Below, piece after piece: positions 29,104 to 39,126 of a DNA stretch of 64,000 nucleotides. The stretch covers positions 17,554-81,553 of the forward strand of contig JAOABH010000007.1 in assembly GCA_026418455.1 (NCBI GenBank), read 5' to 3'. Source of the DNA: Hydrogenothermaceae bacterium (GTDB lineage: Bacteria; Aquificota; Aquificia; Aquificales; Hydrogenothermaceae). The translations under genes were made by a program, and so were the position numbers. The notes below the pieces were generated by a model. It made no database searches and had not been told where the DNA came from. It saw only the letters and a list, made by a program, of their open reading frames with translations. The stretch's first letter is position 1, and each line of letters opens with the position of its first letter.

Positions 29104-29919
29104 TTGAAGGTAGGAATCGTTGGCATTGGAAATATGGGGTCTAAATATGTGAATAAATTTAGAGAGTTGGGATTAGACTATGTCTTGATAGATTCTGATC
29201 CTGTCAGATTTGCAAATTTTCCAGAAAACGTGCCAAAATATACGGATTTAAAATTAGCCATAGATAATGAAGATATTACTCACCTATTTGTTGCAACCTC
29301 TCCCCAATCTCATATACCGATAGCCAGTTTTGCAATGGAAAACGGTATAAATGTTATGGTTGAGAAACCACCGGCTTTGGATACAAAGTCCTTGTCAGAA
29401 GCTATTGAACTTGCCCATAAAAAAGGAGTTTACTTTTCAGTATCGGAGATAGAGCTTCTATCAAACAGTGTAAGAAATCTAAAGAGAGGTTTCCTTTGGG
29501 AAAAGGTTGAAGGTTATAGATTAAACTTAGGAAAAGGTTATATCAATCCTTTTTATGACCTTGCTTGGCATGATCTGTATATCTTCCACTATCTTTTTGG
29601 TGGTTTTGAGATAAAAAATATAGAGGTTGAAGGTAACTTTGTAAGTTTAGATGTAAAAAACCCTAATGTAGATTTTCATCTTAAAGTGGCTTGGTTAAAT
29701 CCATTTTTAAAAAGGCAGTGGCATCTATACTCAAAAGAGGGAGAAACAGTTCTTAACTTCGTTGAAGATAAGATATACTACCCCGATAACAGTATTAAAG
29801 AGAAAGATGATGTAGATAAATTAAGAATGATGGTAGATAACTTTATAAAAAATCCATCTTACGATAGCTCATACAGAGCGTTAGATATTCTGAAAGAGGT
29901 TGAAAAAATTAAGATATAA
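29104..29919 (+). CDS. Gfo/Idh/MocA-type NAD-dependent oxidoreductase
   Basis: N-terminal Rossmann VGIVGIGNMGSKY and the EKP motif (VMVEKPPA). Confidence 0.75.
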   Translation: MKVGIVGIGNMGSKYVNKFRELGLDYVLIDSDPVRFANFPENVPKYTDLKLAIDNEDITHLFVATSPQSHIPIASFAMENGINVMVEKPPALDTKSLSEAIELAHKKGVYFSVSEIELLSNSVRNLKRGFLWEKVEGYRLNLGKGYINPFYDLAWHDLYIFHYLFGGFEIKNIEVEGNFVSLDVKNPNVDFHLKVAWLNPFLKRQWHLYSKEGETVLNFVEDKIYYPDNSIKEKDDVDKLRMMVDNFIKNPSYDSSYRALDILKEVEKIKI

Positions 29920-29931
29920 AGGAGCAGTAAG

Positions 29932-30987
29932 TTGATACCGATTATTAAACCTTACTTTGGAAGAGAAGAAGAAGAGACAGTCCTTGAAATTATGAAAAGT
30001 GGTCAAATAACAAGAGGGCCCTGGACTTTAAAGTTTAAAGAAGCTTTTAAAGATTACATCGGTGTGTCATACTGTCATACTATCTGTAGTGGGACGGCGG
30101 CTCTGTATATAGCCTTAAAGGCTATAGGTATATCTAAGAGGGAAGATGTTGTTATTGTTCCCGCTTTGAGTTTTATGGCAACGATAGATGCTGTCTATAT
30201 GGCAGGAGGGACTCCTGTTGTTATTGATGTTGATGAGAGTTATACTATGGATATAAATCAGCTCGCAGAAGCTGTTGAGAAGTATAAACCGAAAGCTGTT
30301 ATTCCAGTTCATCTTTTTGGTCAAACAGCTCAGATGGATAAGATAAAACAGATATGTAAAGATAAAAATATTATCATTCTTGAAGATGCAGCACAGGCTC
30401 ATGGAGCTGAGTTTAGAGGTAAGAAGGCAGGTTCTTTGGGAGATATATCTGCATTTAGTTTTTACGCTTCAAAAAATGTGGCAATGGGAGAAGGCGGAGC
30501 TATCCTGACAAATAATCCAGAGATAGATGAGAAGATATCAAACTGGATAGAGTTTGGAGCCCATCCGGCTTTAAATCTAAGGATAACTGAATTCCAAGCA
30601 GGTATAGGTTATTGGCAACTTAGAAGACTTGAGGAGACCAACGAAAAGAGAAGAAAGATAGCCATGATATATAACAGGGAGTTTGAGAATCTTCCTGGTC
30701 TTGTTTTGCCACAGGAATATCCAGATAGGAAACATGTTTTCCATATATATGCATTAAGACACCCAAGGAGAAATCAGATAATAGAGAAACTTCTCCAAAA
30801 AGGTATAGGGGCCAGAGTTTATTACGATTACACTTTACACCAATTAAGGAATGCAGAGCATCTACCTTGTGAATTTGGGGAGTTGGCAAAAGACCAGCTT
30901 TTTGCGATACCTATACATGCATCTTTAACAGATTCTGAAGTTGAATATATTGTTGATACTGTTAAGGAAGTTGTAAAAGAGGTTTAG
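29932..30987 (+). CDS. DegT/DnrJ/EryC1/StrS-family sugar aminotransferase
   Basis: PLP-fold motifs (CSGTAALYIAL, EDAAQAHGA, SFYASKN with the Lys). Confidence 0.9.
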   Translation: MIPIIKPYFGREEEETVLEIMKSGQITRGPWTLKFKEAFKDYIGVSYCHTICSGTAALYIALKAIGISKREDVVIVPALSFMATIDAVYMAGGTPVVIDVDESYTMDINQLAEAVEKYKPKAVIPVHLFGQTAQMDKIKQICKDKNIIILEDAAQAHGAEFRGKKAGSLGDISAFSFYASKNVAMGEGGAILTNNPEIDEKISNWIEFGAHPALNLRITEFQAGIGYWQLRRLEETNEKRRKIAMIYNREFENLPGLVLPQEYPDRKHVFHIYALRHPRRNQIIEKLLQKGIGARVYYDYTLHQLRNAEHLPCEFGELAKDQLFAIPIHASLTDSEVEYIVDTVKEVVKEV

Positions 30988-31001
30988 TTGGAGGTAGTCC
31001 C

Positions 31002-31331
31002 ATGAAAAAATTTGTATTATTTTTAATTGGAAGTTTGTTTACTTTGTCTTCTTGTGTAGTCGCTACAAAACCTGGTGCTAGTGTGGTAGTTACTCCTAAC
31101 AAGGTTATAGTTCACCCAAAGGTTATATTTATCCCAGATTATGATGTATATATTCTTGATGATGATAGGTTTGAAGTTTATAAGTATAAAGGAAAGTGGT
31201 ATTGGTTTAATGGTGGTGTTTGGTATATAGCGGATGATTTTAATGGTCCCTGGGTAATTCTTAAAGGAAATCCACCTTTCAAGATACCACCAGGGCATTT
31301 AAAGAAGATGTATAAACAGAAATGGAAATAA
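31002..31331 (+). CDS. small lipoprotein, aromatic-rich
   Basis: Signal peptide plus lipobox LFTLSSC; W/Y-rich C-terminus. Confidence 0.6.
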   Translation: MKKFVLFLIGSLFTLSSCVVATKPGASVVVTPNKVIVHPKVIFIPDYDVYILDDDRFEVYKYKGKWYWFNGGVWYIADDFNGPWVILKGNPPFKIPPGHLKKMYKQKWK

Positions 31332-31357
31332 GAGAATAAGATTGAGGAGGATATGTT

Positions 31358-31819
31358 ATGAATGTGAAAGAAGGGCAGCTGTCTGCAGTAGGGTTAAAGT
31401 TTGGTATAGTTGTGGGGAGATTTAACAGTTTTATAACTGAAAGATTGTTGGAAGGTGCCGTTGACTGTATAGTTAGACACGGTGGAAGTAGTGAAAATAT
31501 AGAGGTTTATAAAGTTCCCGGCTCCTTTGAGATACCACTTATGGCTAAGAAGTTGGCAAAATCTGGAAAATACGATGCTGTTATATGTCTTGGGGCGGTT
31601 ATAAGAGGTGCTACGCCACATTTTGATTATGTTGCAAACGAGGTAACGAAAGGAATAGCCCAGGTCGCCCTTGAAACAGAAGTTCCAGTAAGCTACGGAA
31701 TACTGACAACAGATACAATAGAGCAAGCTGTTGAGAGAGCAGGAACGAAGATGGGAAACAAAGGTTTTGATGCAGCCCTTACAGCTATAGAGATGGTAAA
31801 TATACTAAAGAGTGTATAG
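31358..31819 (+). CDS. ribH: 6,7-dimethyl-8-ribityllumazine synthase
   Basis: [17 protein letters not shown]...VPGSFEIP...[14 protein letters not shown]. Confidence 0.95.
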   Translation: MNVKEGQLSAVGLKFGIVVGRFNSFITERLLEGAVDCIVRHGGSSENIEVYKVPGSFEIPLMAKKLAKSGKYDAVICLGAVIRGATPHFDYVANEVTKGIAQVALETEVPVSYGILTTDTIEQAVERAGTKMGNKGFDAALTAIEMVNILKSV

Positions 31820-32306
31820 TATGAAGAGAAATTTCGAGATTAAAGGGATAGTTGAAAAGAGAGAGAAAAAGTTATTACTTGATATCTTAGTTAAGATTTT
31901 TTATGCTATGGATATATCTCATCATGAGTTTGAAGAGATTGAACATTACATTTTAAATCAGGCCCCTAAGCTTTCCGAAGAAAAGAAGATTGAACTGAAA
32001 ACGGTTTTAGATCTCTATAGAGAGAACAAAGAAAAAATTGACAGTTTGATATCTTCTCACCTTATTGGTTGGAGATTTGAGAGAATAGGATTTATAGAAA
32101 GAGCTGTTTTAAGGATAGGAGTAAGTTATATACTGTATCTTAAAGAAAAGTTACATCCAGATCAGTTTAAAAGAGAGATAAGATATATAATATCATTTTT
32201 ACTTGAGATACAGGAATGTTTTGGATCAGACAAAAAGTCCGTTAAATTTGTAAACGGTGTATTATCCTCTATACTCAGAGATGTATATGATACTACAACT
32301 GTTTAA
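31812..32306 (+). CDS. nusB: transcription antitermination factor NusB
   Basis: Conserved ribH-nusB pair; [18 protein letters not shown] motif. Confidence 0.85.
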   Translation: MYSMKRNFEIKGIVEKREKKLLLDILVKIFYAMDISHHEFEEIEHYILNQAPKLSEEKKIELKTVLDLYRENKEKIDSLISSHLIGWRFERIGFIERAVLRIGVSYILYLKEKLHPDQFKREIRYIISFLLEIQECFGSDKKSVKFVNGVLSSILRDVYDTTTV

Positions 32307-32592
32307 TTCTATCTTCTATTTTTGATATGAGATCTTCCATCAGATGTCTGATCTCGTAAGCCATATCTACTATCTTGGGACTTTTAGTAGATTCAGCTTT
32401 TTTAATCAAAGGTAAAATGTTGGTTGCAAGTTGTCTCTGATACTCCATAAGATCAAACTCAAGCTCTTCTTTAGATAGACTGTCTATATTTACAAGATAA
32501 GAGTGGTGGGTTATCTTTGTTGAGATAAGTATGTGATTTATCTCTTTTTCTAAATCTCCTCTGTCTGTTCCTGCTTTTGTAAAGTCTGCCAT
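32293..32592 (-). CDS. hypothetical protein (99 aa)
   Basis: ORF only, on the same strand as and downstream of gspC. Its 3' end overlaps the nusB 3' end by 14 nt (convergent). Confidence 0.45.
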   Translation of the reverse strand: MADFTKAGTDRGDLEKEINHILISTKITHHSYLVNIDSLSKEELEFDLMEYQRQLATNILPLIKKAESTKSPKIVDMAYEIRHLMEDLISKIEDRIKQL

Positions 32593-32670
32593 ATTTATAA
32601 CCTCTTTAATATAGATATGATTCTAAGAATTATAACTGAAATTTTTAACAACAAAAAATGATTATAAACA

Positions 32671-33464
32671 TCAATCCACAGTATAACTTAGCTCAACAGG
32701 TTGTCCATTCCTGATTATAGCTATCTTAAAGCTTTTTTCATTCCTTATTATCTGAAGTATTCTAAAAGCATCTTCTCCTGAGTTTATAGGTTGATTGTTT
32801 ATAGAGACAAGTATATCTCCTACATTTAAACCCATTCTCTGAAATAAACTACCATCTGCAATCCAGTCAAACCTAAACCCTTTTGTCTGTCCTCCCTCTA
32901 CAACCGGAATAAGTCTTATTTGAGTAAACATCACCCCTGGGTCAGATGTAAGTCTTTCAAGCTCTGACTTTGGAATCACATCACTGTTTTTATTAGGTGG
33001 TAATATGTTTTCCAACGGTGGTAAATTCACTGTAGGAGTAGAACCAGCTTCACTTTTACTTTTTGGTATATAGCCAAGTTTTATTTCTTTTTTTTCACCG
33101 TTTATGATAATAACTATAGAATCTTTAAGTATCCTCAATATTTTGATATTATCAATATTGTCACCTTCTTTTACTATCTTCTTATTGTCGTTTATGTACA
33201 CGAGAGCTATGTTTTTAGATCCGATAGCTGTTGCTAATAGTCCTATGTCTGATGTTGCTTTGGGAGAGGTTTTAGATTCTTCCGTTTTAGAATAAATTTG
33301 CCATTTTTTTCGAGAATATTCAAATTAATATCTTCTGGTTTTATTTTTGGTACTTTTGCAAAATCTGGTTTTTTTAAAAAATTTAGTAATAAGAGTGATA
33401 ATACAAAAGATACTAAAAAGCTAAATTTTAAAGGAAAAATGTAGTATAAGTATTTAAATCTCAA
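32671..33464 (-). CDS. gspC: T2SS GspC-like protein (TM + HR-like + PDZ), interrupted by a frame break at an A7 tract
   Basis: ORF 33464-33243 (TTG start, AAAGGAG RBS) encodes the TM segment. ORF 33201-32671 encodes the HR-like segment LLATAIGSKNIALVYINDNKKIVKEGD and a PDZ (GFRFDWIADGSLFQRMGLNVGDILVSINNQPI). The two frames meet at 33304-33310. Confidence 0.75.
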
Positions 33465-33481
33465 ATTTTTCTCCTTTAATA

Positions 33482-33490
33482 TGTTATAAT
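33482..33490 (+). promoter_or_regulatory. extended -10 promoter positioned for a leaderless gspM-like mRNA
   Basis: TGTTATAAT; the last base of the -10 lies exactly 7 nt before the A of ATG 33497, and there is no SD sequence. Confidence 0.4.
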
Positions 33491-33496
33491 AATATT

Positions 33497-33933
33497 ATGA
33501 ATGACTTGTTAGAAAAATTCAACTTTATAAATGCATTTTTACAACAGCGAAAGTTCTATTGGTTTGCTATTTTTTTTTTATTAATTTTGTATTCATTCTG
33601 CTTTTAATAAATAAATTTAATGAATTTAAAAACAGATATTTGCTACCATATATGCAATTAAAAGAAATGTATATGCTTATATCTAATGCCAATATTAAAG
33701 CTGTTCCAAAAGATCCAAATTTAATTAAAAATTTTCTGATTGATAATGGTTATTTGGTTGAATCTATAGATCAAAATGAAGACAGAATATTACTTACATT
33801 TAAAGGGTTAAAAGCTGATAAGGTTGTTCGTTTGTCTTACATTCTTGAAAAAAATGGTTTTGATATAGTTTCTTTTAGTGCAAAAGATAATACCGGAAAT
33901 GGAAATTTCTTTGTGGAAGTACAGATAAGATGA
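33497..33933 (+). CDS. gspM: T2SS GspM-like protein, interrupted at a T10 tract
   Basis: The ATG 33497 frame gives MNDLLEKFNFINAFLQQRKFYWFAIFF. The TTG 33559 frame gives the TM segment plus a C-terminal alpha/beta domain. The frames meet in T10 at 33570-33579. Confidence 0.55.
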
Positions 33934-35013
33934 TAAAGAGAAATTTCACAGGTATTGATGGAGATATTGTAATATCTTTATCAAAAGACAGAAAAATTTT
34001 AGAGGGGGAAGTTGGTAATAAAATATATGTTATACCTTCTGACAAACTTATATACTTTCGTGAAAAAACGGAGTTAAGGAATCCTAAAGAGATTTTAGAT
34101 TATTATAAACTAAAGATAGAAGAAAAGTATAAGCAAGATGTTATGTTTGATATTTATCTAAATAAAGATATTGTAGAAGTTTTGGTTGTTAAAGAGTTTG
34201 AAAAAACCAAAAGATTACTTTGCTCTTGATGGAGAGGTTTTTTCTTTAAAGAGATTCTTTATTGAATTTACTGGGAAATCTGATGGTTATGTTATAGATA
34301 TAGATGAAGACAAGGTTACTTTTATAGATATAAAAGAAAGAAATATTGATCTATATCGGGTCATAAAAATAGATCCTGAAACATTAATTGAAGATAGTAG
34401 TATATTTTTGAGTCAGATACCGGCTATAGATAAGTTGAAAACAGTTATGTTCTGTGGTAAACACAGAAATTTTACGAAAATATTCAATTTCTTAAAATCT
34501 AACATTAATGTAGAAAACTATTTTATTCCTACTGTCTGTAAGCCGGAGGAAGTGGCAGCTTATGGGGCTGCATTAAAAGGTTTTTTAGAAGGTGACTATC
34601 TGTCTTTTAGTGATAATTTTTTATCTTCTGAAGAATCTAAGTTGCTACAGCAATTAATTGTTTTGACGGTAGGATTTTATCTTATTTTTTATATCTTCAC
34701 TGGATATATAATGGACAGTATGATGAAAAGTATCAAGAGAGATCAGATAGTTCTCTTTAAAAAAGCATTTCCAGATCAGCCCATCGTATCTGTATATGAT
34801 CAAGTTAAATCTACTATAAAACCATCGGCTTCTTTTAAACTTTCAAAACTGTTTTTGTCTGTAAATCTTCCCAAAAATGCAAAGATATACAAGATTGAGT
34901 ATATAAATGGAGTATTAACAGTTAAAGGTGAATCTGATGAACCACCAGAAGTTGCAAAATCTATAAAGAAAACACCTTTGGGAAAGTTTGAGTTTGAGGT
35001 AGAGGTAAAGTGA
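33930..35013 (+). CDS. gspL: T2SS GspL-like protein, interrupted at an A6 tract (ORFs 33930-34229 and 34186-35013)
   Basis: N-terminal cytoplasmic part, single TM (LIVLTVGFYLIFYIFTGYIM) and a short periplasmic domain. The two ORFs overlap by 44 nt around A6 at 34201-34206. ATGA overlap with gspM. Confidence 0.5.
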
Positions 35014-36422
35014 ATATCCTTAAGGACTATAGGTTTATAGTTGATTATGAAGATGAAAATAAAATCATTTTGATAGTACCCCAGAACTATAACTTTTTGT
35101 ATGTTGAGGAGATAAGATTTTTAACAGGAAAAGCTGTAATACTTAAAAAGCTACCTGATGATGAATTTACAAAACTACTTCAAGAGAGGATATCCCAAGA
35201 AGATATTATTGTTGAATCTGGAGCTGAGGAAGGTCAAACTACATCGATAGATATCTTAGCTTCGGAAGAAGATAGTCCTATTATAAATCTTGTAAACTCT
35301 ATACTTATAAAAGCAAATACATTGAACGCTTCAGATATACATTTTGAGCCTTATGAGGATAGTGCCGTAGTTAGATTTAGAATGGATGGAGTATTACACG
35401 AATACCTTAAAATACCTTTCCAGACTTACAACTCTGTTGTCTCAAGGATAAAAGTTATATCAAACTTAAATATAGCTGAGAAAAGAGTACCACAAGATGG
35501 TAGGATAGGTATAAAGATAGGAAGTAAGGATGTTGATGTTAGGGTGTCCATTATTCCGACAGTTTTTGGTGAGAGAGTTGTTTTAAGATTACTGGATAAA
35601 TCAGGGTTTAACCTTACCTTGCAAGACCTTGGGTTTTCTTCAGAAAGTCTAAATACTTTTAAAAAAGTTCTTAAAAAACCATACGGTATCGTTCTTGTTA
35701 CAGGACCAACTGGTGCAGGAAAGAGTACCACACTTTACGCTTCCCTTCAGTTTATAAAAGACCCCCGTAAAAATATAATCACTATAGAGGATCCCGTAGA
35801 ATATCAGATAAAAGGGATAAGTCAGATACAGGTAAATCCTAAGGTTGGACTTACTTTTGCTTCAGGATTAAGGTCCATACTGAGACAGGATCCAGATATA
35901 ATAATGGTAGGAGAGATAAGAGACAGTGAAACGGCAGATATAGCTATCCATGCTGCATTAACAGGACACCTCGTTTTATCTACTTTACACACAAACGATG
36001 CAGTTTCATCTCTACCGAGGCTGATAGATATGGGAATGGAGCCATTTTTGGTAGCAAACTCACTTGAAGGAGTACTTGCTCAGAGATTGGTAAGAAAAAT
36101 ATGTATCCACTGTAAAACAGCTTACAAACCTTCAGCCATTGAAATTGAAGAGTTAAAACTTGACCCATCTAAAGATTACACATTTTACAAGGGAGTAGGT
36201 TGTCAAAACTGTCTTGGTAGTGGCTATAAAGGCAGGGTAGGTATATTTGAAGTTTTTGATGTTGACCAAACTGTTAAAAGTATGATAGCCAAAAATATGG
36301 ATACTAACGAGATTTTAACCTATCTAAAATCAAAAGGATTTAAAACTATGTTCGAAGATGGAGTTGATAAAGTTCTAAAAGGTATAACAACACCTTCGGA
36401 AGTATTAGCTGTTATAAAGTAG
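35010..36422 (+). CDS. gspE: T2SS ATPase GspE
   Basis: Walker A GPTGAGKSTT, Walker B IIMVGEIRD, tetracysteine CIHC...CQNC. Confidence 0.9.
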   Translation: MNILKDYRFIVDYEDENKIILIVPQNYNFLYVEEIRFLTGKAVILKKLPDDEFTKLLQERISQEDIIVESGAEEGQTTSIDILASEEDSPIINLVNSILIKANTLNASDIHFEPYEDSAVVRFRMDGVLHEYLKIPFQTYNSVVSRIKVISNLNIAEKRVPQDGRIGIKIGSKDVDVRVSIIPTVFGERVVLRLLDKSGFNLTLQDLGFSSESLNTFKKVLKKPYGIVLVTGPTGAGKSTTLYASLQFIKDPRKNIITIEDPVEYQIKGISQIQVNPKVGLTFASGLRSILRQDPDIIMVGEIRDSETADIAIHAALTGHLVLSTLHTNDAVSSLPRLIDMGMEPFLVANSLEGVLAQRLVRKICIHCKTAYKPSAIEIEELKLDPSKDYTFYKGVGCQNCLGSGYKGRVGIFEVFDVDQTVKSMIAKNMDTNEILTYLKSKGFKTMFEDGVDKVLKGITTPSEVLAVIK

Positions 36423-36433
36423 TGGAGGATAAG

Positions 36434-38500
36434 ATGATTGTAAGGATAATTTTTATCTTAGTTTTGGTATTTGGTTTTCATATAAAGGCAGAGGAACAGC
36501 CAAAAAAACCAGATATCCAGCAGGTAAAAAAGGCAAAGAAAGTTTTACTTAACTTTAGAGATACGGATATATCGGATATTGTTGAGTTTATGTCAGAGAT
36601 AACCGGTAAAAACATAATACTGTCCCAAGATGTTAAAGGAAAGATAACATTAACATCTTCTAAACCTGTATCTATAGACGAAGCTTATAATCTCTTTACA
36701 GTTGTACTTGCAATGAATGGTTATGCAGTTGTTGAAGATAAGAATTTTGTGAGGGTAGAGTCAGCAGCTAACTTGTCTGTTTTGCCAACAGAGGATAAAA
36801 AGTCTTCAGGAGAGATGGAGTTTTACATATACACAGCTCAAAATGTAAATGTCAATGAACTTCTAAACACAGTAAAACCATTTTTAAGTAAAGCAGCAAA
36901 AACATCTGTAAATGTCCAGTCAAATTCTCTGATAATATACGATATTAAAGCAAATATTTCCAAAATCGAAAATATTTTAAAGATAGCAGACAGTAAAGAA
37001 AATGCAGGTAGTTTATACATATACAACCTTAAATTTGCAAATGCTGAAGAGATACATAAAACTATCACACCTATCATTCAGATAATGCAGAGGACAAAAC
37101 AGAACCTTATAGTATCTCCCAATAAAGATAGTAACAGTATAGTTATCTTTGCAGATGAAAGTAGTTACAGAGATATAGCTAACATAATATCCAAACTTGA
37201 TACAGAGAGAGTTGTGACAGAAGGGAGAAACTACTTTATAATACCTTTAAAGTACACAACAGTTGCAGAGATAAGTAAATCTTTCCAATCTCTATTCCAA
37301 GCTTCAGCACCTGTTATGCCCCAGTATCAGTTTGGACAGCCTACTACTCAACCATTTCAAACAACTCAGCCAACTCCTCAAACAACTCTTCAAACAACAA
37401 CTCAACCTACAGATAGATTTACAGCAACTCAACCTCTCCAATCTCCTACAACTACAACCTCAACAACAACAACACCTTTAACACAGACTTCTCAGCAGAT
37501 ACCAGCCATAACCACCAAAGAAGGGATAAAGATAGGTTTTGATATAGGAACAAACTCTATCATACTGTATGCCACAAAGCAAGAGTATGAAGGTTTAAAG
37601 AGATTTATAGAAAATCTTGATGTAAGAAGGAAGCAGGTTCTTATAACAGCAACGATAGTGGAAGCATCTACGAAGAGCCTTTTACAGATTGGTGTCCAGT
37701 GGCAGGCATTGGGGAATAAAGGGGGAGCTGCTTTCAGAGGTGGAACTTCCGATACCCTATATCAATCTTTTCTATCTGGAAACTTTCTACTGGGATTTAT
37801 AAACAATTCTGGGAAAACATTATCTGTAGGGGGAACATCTGTATTTTTCCCTGATTTAGCTTTACTTTTCTCACTTCTTGAGAGTGGAACTGGATTTAAC
37901 ATAATATCAAATCCAAGAGTACTTACTCTTGATAACCAAGATGCAGAGATAAAAGTAGGAAATGTTATACCTTTTGCAAGCGGTGTTAAATTTGATATAA
38001 ACGGACAGCCTATCATAACCTATGATTACAAGGAGGTAGGTTTAACATTAAAAACTGTGCCGAGAGTTTCCTCTGCAGAAACCTTAAGGTTAAGTTTAAA
38101 ACTTGTTTTACAGGAAGTTACAGATTATATAAGACCACAGGTTGGAAATCTATCCTATGCTGTACCTGTTACATCTAATAGGTCTCTGGATTCGGATATA
38201 GTTGTGGAAAATGGTCAAACGATAGTTATCGGTGGTCTTGTAAGTGATAAGAATATAAAAACGGAAGACAAAGTCCCAGGTTTAGGAGATATCCCAATAG
38301 TTGGTAATCTATTTAAATACAGATCAGATTCAAAAGAAAAAACCACATTGTTTGTCTTTCTCACTCCATACATAATATCCTCTCCAGAGGAACTGTCAAA
38401 GATAACTCAGGAACATCAGAGATTATCTGAAGAGATAAATAAGAAGATAATGGAAAAACAGAAGAAAATCCCTACAAAATCGGAAGATATAAGATGGTAA
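36434..38500 (+). CDS. gspD: T2SS secretin GspD
   Basis: ATG 36434 after a GGAGGA RBS gives the signal peptide MIVRIIFILVLVFGFHIKA. N domains. Secretin core ending VPGLGDIPIVGNLFKYRSDSKEKTTLFVFLTP. Confidence 0.9.
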   Translation: MIVRIIFILVLVFGFHIKAEEQPKKPDIQQVKKAKKVLLNFRDTDISDIVEFMSEITGKNIILSQDVKGKITLTSSKPVSIDEAYNLFTVVLAMNGYAVVEDKNFVRVESAANLSVLPTEDKKSSGEMEFYIYTAQNVNVNELLNTVKPFLSKAAKTSVNVQSNSLIIYDIKANISKIENILKIADSKENAGSLYIYNLKFANAEEIHKTITPIIQIMQRTKQNLIVSPNKDSNSIVIFADESSYRDIANIISKLDTERVVTEGRNYFIIPLKYTTVAEISKSFQSLFQASAPVMPQYQFGQPTTQPFQTTQPTPQTTLQTTTQPTDRFTATQPLQSPTTTTSTTTTPLTQTSQQIPAITTKEGIKIGFDIGTNSIILYATKQEYEGLKRFIENLDVRRKQVLITATIVEASTKSLLQIGVQWQALGNKGGAAFRGGTSDTLYQSFLSGNFLLGFINNSGKTLSVGGTSVFFPDLALLFSLLESGTGFNIISNPRVLTLDNQDAEIKVGNVIPFASGVKFDINGQPIITYDYKEVGLTLKTVPRVSSAETLRLSLKLVLQEVTDYIRPQVGNLSYAVPVTSNRSLDSDIVVENGQTIVIGGLVSDKNIKTEDKVPGLGDIPIVGNLFKYRSDSKEKTTLFVFLTPYIISSPEELSKITQEHQRLSEEINKKIMEKQKKIPTKSEDIRW

Positions 38501-39126
38501 AGTACCTGTCAATTATAATCTTTTCTATCTTGGTAGGTTTTATAGTATTTGTTTTAACTGTTCCTAAATTTCTCATCTTAGATAAATTAGCAATGAAAAA
38601 CGGAATTTTCCTAATAGCTGACTCAGTGAAAGAGACACCTCTTAGTATAAACCTAAAAAATAGTAGTATATATATAGGAGATGATATGGTCCTTAAAGGA
38701 GCCGATATACAAGCTTCTGTGATACTAACTGGTCTATCTGTAAAAATAAAATGTGATGAAAAACTATCATATCTAAATATCTCTTTTAGTAAGAATATAA
38801 AAGCTAAATTTAATAATCTCACATGTGTAACAGCTGCTTCACAGGTAGAAGGTGATTTGTATACAAAAGATGGTGTTTTTGGAAAGATGGCACTAAAAGA
38901 TATAAAAGCACAGGGTAGAACTGTAAGAAATGTTGATATAGATTTTAAAGGAAATATTTTTAACTTTAAAGCAGATGTAGAAGGTATTAATGTGGCAGGA
39001 TCTGGAAATATCTCATACAACAGAGATAACCCTATGGACTCAAAGATAAATGCGGTTGCATCTTCTTTAGGATTTAACTTTATAATATCTGGTAGTTTGA
39101 TAAATCCAAAGATAACCCTAAAATGA
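38494..39126 (+). CDS. single-TM periplasmic protein, GspN-like by position
   Basis: N-terminal TM plus a beta-rich periplasmic domain, located between gspD and gspK. Confidence 0.35.
   Translation: MVKYLSIIIFSILVGFIVFVLTVPKFLILDKLAMKNGIFLIADSVKETPLSINLKNSSIYIGDDMVLKGADIQASVILTGLSVKIKCDEKLSYLNISFSKNIKAKFNNLTCVTAASQVEGDLYTKDGVFGKMALKDIKAQGRTVRNVDIDFKGNIFNFKADVEGINVAGSGNISYNRDNPMDSKINAVASSLGFNFIISGSLINPKITLK

Noticed and set aside
31332-31357. FMN riboswitch upstream of ribH; likewise lysine or T-box leaders upstream of dapA and pheS
   Set aside because: The intergenic spaces (26, 61 and 11 nt) are far too short for these elements.
38472-39020. Long antisense ORFs inside genes, such as 38472-39020, 25628-26050, 26612-27022, 62341-62838, 6036-6359, 44784-45140 and 56768-57205
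   Set aside because: They lie opposite well-supported genes. They have low-complexity S/F/L/I-rich translations typical of the reverse strand of K/E-rich genes, and no start signals.
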